Shown one piece after another: positions 56,685 to 64,000 of a stretch of 64,000 nucleotides of DNA. Position 1 is the stretch's first letter. Each line of letters begins with the position of its first letter. Below the pieces are notes generated by a model, which was given only the letters and a program-made list of their open reading frames with translations, had not been told where the DNA came from and made no database searches. The stretch is from Deltaproteobacteria bacterium (GTDB lineage Bacteria; Myxococcota; Kuafuiibacteriia; Kuafuiibacteriales; Kuafuiibacteriaceae), in the NCBI GenBank assembly GCA_040218735.1, contig JAVJQW010000007.1, positions 32,001 through 96,000 of the forward strand, given 5' to 3'. The position numbers and the translations under genes are program-made.

Positions 56685-58163
56685 TCACGCTTCGTCGTCG
56701 AGGGCCACGCCCTCGACGCGGACCGACGCGCCCACCAGGGGCCCGCGCGTGCGATCCGGCCCGACCGGTTGTGCGGCGACCTCCAAGTCGCCGCTCTCCT
56801 CGAGCTTCTCGACGAGGCGGTGCACGCTCTTCAGGTCCACCGACTGCACTTCGCTGATCAGCGCGCACACCAGCTCTTTGGTGTCGTTGGTCTCGGACAG
56901 CAGTGACTCGATGAACTCCCGGCGCACGCCGCGGTCACCCGCGACCTCGCGCCACCGCGCCCAGAAGCGGCGCGACCTTCGTTCGTACGGGAGCGGAATG
57001 ATCTCCGACGCAAACGGAATCAACACCCCGTACAGCGCGCGGACGTGATGCATCGCCGCGCGCGGTTTCGGCGGGGAGGTCACCGGCCGGCGTGCGCTTC
57101 GTCGTCGGATGACACCCGGCTTGGGCGCCAAGCGGCTCGGGCCTCGATCCTCCGCGACCTCTTCCACTTGCAACTCGGCTTGCGAAGGCAGCGCGACGAG
57201 CTCCGCGCTCTCGCTCTCGAGCAACGCCTCGGTCGCGTCTTCCTCCTCGACCACGGGGCCCGGCCGGAAGGACGCCACCGTTCGCTCGGGCGTCTCGACG
57301 AGGCCCGCCGCGTCGGGGACGTTCAGCTCGGCGCGGGGGTGAGGGGGCTCGGTGGGGTGGCGTTCGTCGTCGCCGCCGTCGGTCGAGTCGCCGACGTCGA
57401 GGTCGCTCACCATGCGGCGCTGAACCTCTGGGAGGTCGATGTGGCGCGTGGGTTTTTCGTCCTCGTCGAACGGCGTCGTCGCGGGGAGCTCGAGGTCCGG
57501 CAGGATGGTCGCGGACGACGAACCGATGCGGTTACGTGGACGCGCCTCGACCGGGATCGGCGGAGGCGCCGGCGGCTGGGGCGCCGACTCGAGCCCGGTG
57601 TCGGTGCGGAGCAGGGCGCGCGTCGGTTTGGCGTCGTCCTCGAAGAAGCCGTCGGTCGGTGGCATCGAAGCGCCGGTGCTCACGTGCCGCTCCACGCGCG
57701 AGTCGGTGTCCGACGGCGACTCGGAGACGATCGCGTCGTCGGCGTACATGGTTTGGGGGGTGTCGAAGTCCGGGGCGACCGTCGCCTCGCGTCGAAGTCC
57801 GACCGGTTTGGGGGGCAGCTGAAACGAATCGACGGTGTGGTCGTCGGTCTCGGGGCCCGTCGCCGAGGACGGCAGCGCGGTCACCCCCTCGGACTCGAAG
57901 GTCTCGTCCGGGTCGACGGCGGCCTCCGGCTGGGGGAGGAGCGCCTCGCCGACCGCCTCCAGCATGCGTCGCGCGAGCTCGGCCCGCGCCGGGTCGTCGG
58001 TCTCTGCGGCTTCGGTCCGCCATTGCACGAGGGTCTGAATGACGCGCTCGGACGCGAGGGCGCTGAGGTCATGGCGGAGCGCGGAGATCATCGCCTCCGG
58101 CCAGATCGACTCGGGAATGGGGGTATCCCATCCACTTGGAAGGCCCCGGCCGTCGCGCGCCAC
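56685..58163 (-). CDS. Hypothetical protein: two helical domains joined by a long acidic Pro/Thr-rich linker
   Basis: Fills the gap between plus-strand genes with plausible composition. Start is uncertain (GTG 58163 or ATG 58091). Confidence 0.65.
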   Translation of the reverse strand: MARDGRGLPSGWDTPIPESIWPEAMISALRHDLSALASERVIQTLVQWRTEAAETDDPARAELARRMLEAVGEALLPQPEAAVDPDETFESEGVTALPSSATGPETDDHTVDSFQLPPKPVGLRREATVAPDFDTPQTMYADDAIVSESPSDTDSRVERHVSTGASMPPTDGFFEDDAKPTRALLRTDTGLESAPQPPAPPPIPVEARPRNRIGSSSATILPDLELPATTPFDEDEKPTRHIDLPEVQRRMVSDLDVGDSTDGGDDERHPTEPPHPRAELNVPDAAGLVETPERTVASFRPGPVVEEEDATEALLESESAELVALPSQAELQVEEVAEDRGPSRLAPKPGVIRRRSARRPVTSPPKPRAAMHHVRALYGVLIPFASEIIPLPYERRSRRFWARWREVAGDRGVRREFIESLLSETNDTKELVCALISEVQSVDLKSVHRLVEKLEESGDLEVAAQPVGPDRTRGPLVGASVRVEGVALDDEA

Positions 58164-58232
58164 GATTTCGGAGCATACTACAGGCCGCGATCGGATCTGC
58201 CGTGAATGTTCCGGACGCGGAGGGGCACTGAC

Positions 58233-59681
58233 ATGACGTTGGGCGGGAACACCGACAACCGGCACCTCGATGACGGGACGCTCCACGCGTACGCCGCCGA
58301 CGAGGTGGACCCTACGCAGCGGGCGGTGATCGAGCGTCACCTCGACCGCTGCGCGTCGTGCCGCACCGCCCTCGGGCGCGTGGGCGCGGTCGCCGGGTTG
58401 ATGCGCCGGATGGCGCCCGTCGAGCCCGACGATCTGAGCTGGCGACGAATGCAGGAGCGGGTCCGCGAGCGCCTCGAGAAGGACGCGAAGGCCCAGGTCA
58501 CCACGCTCGACCTCGTCATGGGGCGGCGCTGGGTCACGGCCGGCATCGCGGCGGTGGCCGCGGTCGCGCTCCTGGTCTGGTTCACGCCCCCGCGCCGCCC
58601 GGCGCCGCGTCGCCCGGTGGCGGCCGCGACGCCCGCGCCGCCGGAGGCTCAGGTCGTCACGAGCGGCGATGCGCCGCTGGACGTGCGCCTCGCGACCGGC
58701 GCGCGGCTGAGGCTCGCCGAGCGCAGCCGCCTCGTCGCTTCGCCGGGCGCGGACGGTGGGGTCTCGTTGGATCTCCAAATCGGTGCGTTGGACGTCCGCC
58801 TGCCCGAGCGTCCGACCCCGTTGGAGCCGTTCGAGGTCCGGACCCCCGCATTCTCGGCGTGGTCTCGCAGCCGGGACTTCTCGGTCGGGTACCGCGCCGA
58901 CAAGTTCCTGGTCGCGGTTCGCGAGGGCGAGGTCGACGTCGAGGGCGAGGCCTTCGGTGGTCGCGACACCGTGGTCGAGGGCGAACGGCGCGAGGTCCGG
59001 ATCCGGGCCGACGTCGAGGAGAAGAAGACCGTCGCGATTCGTGCGCCGACGCGCCGGCCGCCCGCGCCGGAGCCGGACGAGGCGCCCGAACCCGAGATCA
59101 CGAGCAGCCGCGGCGAGACCAAGGTCGAGGTCGTGGCCCCGGACGATGACCCGGTGGCGGAGCGTTGGCGCCAGGCGTCGCGCGCGTACTACCGCGATCG
59201 TGACCTGAACCGGGCGATCGAGCACGCGGAGGCCGTGGTGGCCGAGGGTGGCGATCGCGCGGAGGGGCTCCTCGCGCGGCGGCTGATCTGCGACGCCCGC
59301 ATCGCTCTGGAGCAGCCGAACGAGGCGATCAAGGCCTGTGGGGCGCTCCTGGACCACGAGTCCGGCGACGAAGAGCGGCGCGCCGTCCACTACATGCTCG
59401 CGACGATCCATCGAACGCAGCTCGGCGACTGTCGCCGGGCGAACGAACAATACGCGCAGGTTCTTCTGTATGGGCGGGGTGCGCTCCTCGATGACGAGGC
59501 GCGTCTGTTCAGGGCCGGGTGCTCGCTGGATCTCGGCGACCTCGAGTCCGCGCAGAAGGACATCCGTGCCCTGGCGCCCCACGCGGCGCGCCTGTCACGG
59601 CCTGCAGAGTTGCGCGCTCTCGAATCTCGGCTGAAATCCGCGATCGAGGGTCAAGGTACGAAAGAGAAGGCCGATGAGTAG
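58233..59681 (+). CDS. Anti-sigma-like protein (zf-HC2, TM, FecR-like, TPR-like)
   Basis: GGAGG RBS, HLDRCASC, TM, FecR-like LATGARLRL...LQIGAL...FEVRTP...VAVREGEVDV, helical TPR-like C-terminus. Confidence 0.85.
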   Translation: MTLGGNTDNRHLDDGTLHAYAADEVDPTQRAVIERHLDRCASCRTALGRVGAVAGLMRRMAPVEPDDLSWRRMQERVRERLEKDAKAQVTTLDLVMGRRWVTAGIAAVAAVALLVWFTPPRRPAPRRPVAAATPAPPEAQVVTSGDAPLDVRLATGARLRLAERSRLVASPGADGGVSLDLQIGALDVRLPERPTPLEPFEVRTPAFSAWSRSRDFSVGYRADKFLVAVREGEVDVEGEAFGGRDTVVEGERREVRIRADVEEKKTVAIRAPTRRPPAPEPDEAPEPEITSSRGETKVEVVAPDDDPVAERWRQASRAYYRDRDLNRAIEHAEAVVAEGGDRAEGLLARRLICDARIALEQPNEAIKACGALLDHESGDEERRAVHYMLATIHRTQLGDCRRANEQYAQVLLYGRGALLDDEARLFRAGCSLDLGDLESAQKDIRALAPHAARLSRPAELRALESRLKSAIEGQGTKEKADE

Positions 59682-59781
59682 CCATGAATCACGACTCGCG
59701 GGGACGGGTGTGTCGAGCGGGGGAGGCCGTGCGGTGAAGGGGTTTGACAGTAACAACGAGGCGACTTACAGAGCGGCCTCC

Positions 59782-60429
59782 ATGCGGCTCCCGAGGGTGG
59801 CGCTGGTCGTGGTGGTAGCGGGCCTGCTGGCGATACCGGCGCATTCGCGTGCGCAGGGTGATGGTCAAGACTCGCAACCGCCGGCCAACGGCGCAGACAA
59901 GAATTCCGACACGGCGGTCAAGCCGACGCGCGACGACGCGCGGCGGCGCATCGAACGCAGCGCCCGCGTGGGCGACATCGACGCGTCGAAGATCAGCACG
60001 CCGGACAAGAAGAAGAACGCCGAGAAGATGGTGAGCGAGTCGCGCGGCGCGCTGGCCCGCGTGACGGAGCTGTTGTTCCAGGCGCGCGAGACCAACGACA
60101 TGGTCCAGCGCAACTGCGTCAACGAGAAGCTCACCCAGATCAAGGGGCTCCTCAGGCTGTCGGAGGCGGCGTCGGTCTCGATGTACGAGGCGATGGGCAA
60201 GGGCGCCGACGACGTCACCAATCACGAGTACACGAAGATCGCCGTCGCGCATCAGAAGACGCAGCTGCTCCGCACCGAGGCCGAGCAGTGTGTCGGTGAG
60301 CTGTCCGTGTACACGGGCGACACCGACGTGACGGTCGAGATCGACGACGACATCCCGCAGACGGATCCCACCCTCCCGATTCCGCCCCCGACCGGGCCCG
60401 GGACGCCGCCGGTGGCGAGCGCCTTCTAG
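59782..60429 (+). CDS. Exported alpha-helical hypothetical protein with a Cys pair
   Basis: Signal peptide (S-R-A cleavage), NCVNEKL...EAEQCVGE, Pro-rich tail. Confidence 0.7.
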   Translation: MRLPRVALVVVVAGLLAIPAHSRAQGDGQDSQPPANGADKNSDTAVKPTRDDARRRIERSARVGDIDASKISTPDKKKNAEKMVSESRGALARVTELLFQARETNDMVQRNCVNEKLTQIKGLLRLSEAASVSMYEAMGKGADDVTNHEYTKIAVAHQKTQLLRTEAEQCVGELSVYTGDTDVTVEIDDDIPQTDPTLPIPPPTGPGTPPVASAF

Positions 60430-60441
60430 AACAGTAGAACG

Positions 60442-61698
60442 ATGAAGAAGCTCATCCCCATCGGCGTGGCCGCGCTGATCATCGCGACGGCCGCCAGCGC
60501 TTCGGCGCAGAACTACGGTGCGACCACCGGCTTCCCCATCGGGGAGAAGTCGCGCGTCCACACGAACTTGGATCTCTCGGTCGCGTACGACTCGAACCCG
60601 CGTCGCTTCGACAGCAACCCGGCGCTCACGGGGCCGGACGGCAGCCTGCTCGACGGTACGCGTCGCCAGGACTGGCGCGCGCTGATCCGCCCGGGGCTCG
60701 TCGTCGACGTCCCCGGCAACAGCGTGAAGTTCAACCTCGGCGCGAACCTCTCGATCAGCCGCCTGCTCGGCACCGGTCCGAACAACCCGGACACCGCGTT
60801 TGGTACCGACATCTCGCTCGGGCTGCAGCTCGGCTCGGACGACAGCATCGTGTCGTTCCGCATCGACAACAACCTGGTCCGCACGCCGGACTACATCGAC
60901 TCGCCCGGCGCGATCGCGTCCGACGAGTTCCGTGCGCCGGAGTGGAACGACAACGGCACCGCGCGGCTCACGCTGCGCCCCGGTGGCCGCGCGCTCGAGT
61001 TCGACCTCGGCTACATGTTCATGTACTCGAACTACGACGACTCGTCGGCGCTGTCCGCGTACCAGCGTCACGGTGGTCTGTTCGAGGCGCGTTGGAAGTT
61101 CCTCCCGAAGACCGCGTTTGTCTTCCACGCCGACATCTCGCGCTTCTCACCGTTCGATGAGCCGTCGGGCTTCACGACCATCGCGGGCACGCCGTTCCGC
61201 GTGACCGTCGGGGCGATCGGTCAGGTGACCACGCGCCTCACGGCCGAGCTCACCGCCGGTTACGAGGACATCCTCGCGGACGACTCCAACTTCTCGAAGC
61301 GCGGTCCGATCGGGAACGCGATCCTGACGTACGCCTTCAACGAGGCGACGTCCCTGTCGATCGGTTACCGCCGGCGCATCCGCCCGGTCGTGATCCTCAA
61401 CGGCTACTCGAGCGACATGCCGTTCGTGCAGGCGAAGGTCGGTATCGCGGGTCGCCTCGTGGCCAAGCTGTACGGGCACTACGAGTTCCGCGGCTACGCG
61501 GACAGCGAGTCGTCGAAGGTCCAGGTCGGCGTCGGTGATGCGCGCCTCGAGTACTGGTTCTTCGAGTGGCTGATGGGCGCGGTGAACTACCGCCTCATCG
61601 TTCAGAACCCGACGACGGAGCTGCCGCCCACGGCGCCGCTCTTGCTCCAGGACTTCTCCCGTCACCAGCTCTTCTTCCTCGCAGGATTCCGCTACTGA
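60442..61698 (+). CDS. Outer-membrane beta-barrel, probably the polysaccharide-export (EpsX/Wzp-like) type
   Basis: Signal peptide ASA, YDSN early motif, many amphipathic strands, terminal aromatic FRY. Adjacent to GT4 and WecA genes. Confidence 0.75.
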   Translation: MKKLIPIGVAALIIATAASASAQNYGATTGFPIGEKSRVHTNLDLSVAYDSNPRRFDSNPALTGPDGSLLDGTRRQDWRALIRPGLVVDVPGNSVKFNLGANLSISRLLGTGPNNPDTAFGTDISLGLQLGSDDSIVSFRIDNNLVRTPDYIDSPGAIASDEFRAPEWNDNGTARLTLRPGGRALEFDLGYMFMYSNYDDSSALSAYQRHGGLFEARWKFLPKTAFVFHADISRFSPFDEPSGFTTIAGTPFRVTVGAIGQVTTRLTAELTAGYEDILADDSNFSKRGPIGNAILTYAFNEATSLSIGYRRRIRPVVILNGYSSDMPFVQAKVGIAGRLVAKLYGHYEFRGYADSESSKVQVGVGDARLEYWFFEWLMGAVNYRLIVQNPTTELPPTAPLLLQDFSRHQLFFLAGFRY

Positions 61699-61728
61699 GA
61701 TCGCGTTGCCGGTCCGATTGGTCTCATC

Positions 61729-62931
61729 GTGGCACACGTGGTCCGCATCCAGAGCCGCATCTGTGTCGGCGGCCCGGCTTTGCACAGCATCCTCCTTTCG
61801 GAGGGGCTCTCGCATCGCAAGGGCTCCCGCTACGACACGACCCTGATCGGCGGTGCGCTCGAGCCCGGTGAGCGCGGGATGGAAGACTTCGCCGAGTCGC
61901 GCGGCGTGCAGTTCGAGACCGTCGCCACCATGCGGCGCGCCGTGAACCCGATGCTCGACGCGCAGGCCGTCGTCGAGACCGCGCGTCGTCTTCGTCGCCT
62001 GAAGCCGACCATCGTGCACACCCACACCGCGAAGGCCGGCGCCGTCGGACGCACCGCGGCGCGGCTCGCGGGCGTGCCGATCGTCCTCCACACCTTCCAC
62101 GGCCACGTGTTCGAGGGGTACTTCAGCTCGAAGAAGGCCAAGGCGTTCGTCGCCGCCGAGCGCGCGCTCGCGAAGGTCAGCGATCGCATCCTCGCGATCT
62201 CGAAGCAGCAGCGCGACGACCTCGTGCACAAGTACCGCATCGCGCCGGCCCACAAGGTCGACGTGGTGCCGCTGGGCCTCGACCTCGACCGCTTCCGCGC
62301 CGGACACCCGCGCGGCGCCTTCCGCGAAGAGCTCGGCCTCGCGGCCGACACGCCGCTGGTCGTCGCGGTCGGGCGGCTCGTCCAGATCAAACGCTTCGAT
62401 CTGTTGCTCGAAGCCTTCGCGCGCGTCCTGCAGGACGTCCCGAACGCACACCTCGCGATCGCCGGTGACGGCGACCCGAACGACCGCGCCGCGCTCGAGC
62501 GTCAGGCCGCGCCGTTCGCGGACCGCGTCCACTTCCTCGGTTGGCGCCGCGACCTCGAGCGCATGTACGCCGACGCCGACGTCCTCGCGCTCACCAGCGA
62601 CAACGAGGGCACGCCGGTCACCGTGATCGAAGCGCTCAGCGCGGGGCTGCCCGTCGTCGCGACGCGCGTCGGTGGTGTCGAAGACGTGCTGTCGCCTCAG
62701 GACGGGACGCTCGTCGCGCCGGGGGACGTCGGTGCGATCGCCCACGCGATCCAGCGCGAGCTGGCGTCGCCGCGTCGCCTCGGGGACGAAGCGCGCAAGT
62801 CGGTCACCGAGCGGTTTTCACATCGTCGCCTCGTAGGTGACATCGAGGCGTTGTACGACGACCTGATGGCCCACAAGCTTGGCCGCAACCTCCTCGCTGC
62901 CCACGCGACTCGCGGAGGTGCGGCGTGCTGA
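61729..62931 (+). CDS. Glycosyltransferase family 4
   Basis: VHTHTAKAG, HTFHGH, VGRLVQIK, NEGTPVTVIEAL (EX7E), ATRVGG. Confidence 0.95.
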   Translation: MAHVVRIQSRICVGGPALHSILLSEGLSHRKGSRYDTTLIGGALEPGERGMEDFAESRGVQFETVATMRRAVNPMLDAQAVVETARRLRRLKPTIVHTHTAKAGAVGRTAARLAGVPIVLHTFHGHVFEGYFSSKKAKAFVAAERALAKVSDRILAISKQQRDDLVHKYRIAPAHKVDVVPLGLDLDRFRAGHPRGAFREELGLAADTPLVVAVGRLVQIKRFDLLLEAFARVLQDVPNAHLAIAGDGDPNDRAALERQAAPFADRVHFLGWRRDLERMYADADVLALTSDNEGTPVTVIEALSAGLPVVATRVGGVEDVLSPQDGTLVAPGDVGAIAHAIQRELASPRRLGDEARKSVTERFSHRRLVGDIEALYDDLMAHKLGRNLLAAHATRGGAAC

Positions 62932-64000
62932 CCTATCCCGTCGCGTTCCTCGTCTCGCTGATCGTCGCCGCGATCGCGACGCCGCTCGTCGCGCGTTGGG
63001 CGCACAAGAACCAGTGGTTCGATCTCCCGATCGAGGCGCGCAAGGTCCACACCCGCGCGATACCGCGCATCGGCGGCATCGCGGTGTTCATCGCGTTCTT
63101 CGCGCCGCTGATCGGGCTCGCGATCTACACGAACCGCATCTCGGGGCTGCTCTACCAGGACGCCACGATGTTCACCGCCGTGTGCTGCGGCGCGGGCGCG
63201 ATCCTGGCGCTCGGCATCTACGACGACCTCAAGGGCGCCGACGCCAAGACCAAGCTCATCGTGCAGGCGGGCATCGCCGCGATGATGTGGTGGGCCGGCT
63301 TCCGCGTCGACCTGCTCGGCAACCCCTTCGGCGCCACGTTCGAGCTCGGCGTCCTGTCGCTGCCGCTCACGATGCTGTGGATGATCGGCATCATCAACGC
63401 GCTCAACCTGATCGACGGCCTCGACGGGCTCGCCTCGGGCATCGCGCTGTTCACGTCGGTGGTCTTGTTCGGCGTGGCGTTCACCGACAACGCCGTCCTG
63501 TTGTGCCTCTTGATGGCGGCGCTCGGCGGGTCGCTCGTCGGCTTCCTGTTCTTCAACTTCAACCCGGCCAAGATCTTCCTCGGAGACTCCGGGTCGATGT
63601 TCCTCGGCTTCATCCTCGCGTCCGTCTCGGTGTGGACGCAGCGCAAGGGTGCAACCGCGGTTGCGCTGCTCATCCCGGTGCTCGCGCTCGGCGTGCCGAT
63701 CCTCGACACCACGCTGTCGTTCGTCCGCCGCGTCGCGCGGAAGCAGAACCCGTTCAAGGCGGACCGCGAACACGTCCACCACCGCCTCCTCGCGCTGGGG
63801 CTCTCGCACAAGAGCGCGGTGCTCACGCTGTACACGCTGAGCGCGGTGTTCGGGCTCGGCGCGCTCGCGCTGCTCGACAACGACACCACGCACCGCGCGA
63901 TCGTCCTGTCCACGGTCGCAGCGGCGGTGTTCATCCTGGTTCGCAAAATCGGCGTCTTCGAGCTGCCCGGCATCCTCAAGCGCAAGGACGATGGCGTTCC
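62925..64000 (+). CDS. wecA: Undecaprenyl-phosphate GlcNAc-1-phosphate transferase (WecA/MraY family), runs off the window end
   Basis: Absent from the ORF track because it has no stop in the window. Translated by hand from GTG 62925 (GGAGG RBS): RKVH..IPRIGG, GIYDD, NALNLIDGLDGLA, FNFNPAKIFLGDSGS, ADREHVHHRL. Confidence 0.92.
   Translation, partial: MLTYPVAFLVSLIVAAIATPLVARWAHKNQWFDLPIEARKVHTRAIPRIGGIAVFIAFFAPLIGLAIYTNRISGLLYQDATMFTAVCCGAGAILALGIYDDLKGADAKTKLIVQAGIAAMMWWAGFRVDLLGNPFGATFELGVLSLPLTMLWMIGIINALNLIDGLDGLASGIALFTSVVLFGVAFTDNAVLLCLLMAALGGSLVGFLFFNFNPAKIFLGDSGSMFLGFILASVSVWTQRKGATAVALLIPVLALGVPILDTTLSFVRRVARKQNPFKADREHVHHRLLALGLSHKSAVLTLYTLSAVFGLGALALLDNDTTHRAIVLSTVAAAVFILVRKIGVFELPGILKRKDDGV

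Noticed and set aside
1-64000. tRNA/rRNA genes, transposases, integrases, prophage genes
   Set aside because: No recognisable signatures. Small structured RNAs cannot be excluded without a covariance-model search.

Overview
High-GC, gene-dense bacterial window of about 49 CDS. I found no rRNA, tRNA, CRISPR array or transposase. The gene content (two Hanks-type Ser/Thr kinases, a Cys-rich repeat lipoprotein, an ECF sigma/anti-sigma/caspase module, a CglF-like motif, a beta-barrel-led polysaccharide locus) points to a Myxococcota-like host; this is inference. The main feature is 148-13900, a tightly coupled minus-strand signalling cluster containing a complete kaiA3-like / kaiB / kaiC clock triad. 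The KaiA-like protein has a degenerate pseudo-receiver fused to a KaiA-type C-terminal domain. Upstream of the triad lie a Cache/HAMP/PAS kinase of the Cph1 class, an Rcp1-like regulator and a NarX/NarL-type pair. Downstream lie two more kinases and a DivK-like regulator, and a REC-GGDEF gene is transcribed divergently from the cluster. Other notable items: a POTRA-less Omp85 paired with an exported kinase-fold lipoprotein; a 221-bp REPIN/MITE-like inverted-repeat element; a protoglobin with a Cys-rich MarR regulator and three palindromic operators; a clamp-motif MBL nuclease; a sigma/anti-sigma/exported caspase module; and the start of a polysaccharide biosynthesis/export locus. All family calls come from recognising motifs by eye; no database search was run. 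Many start codons were moved inward relative to the ORF track.
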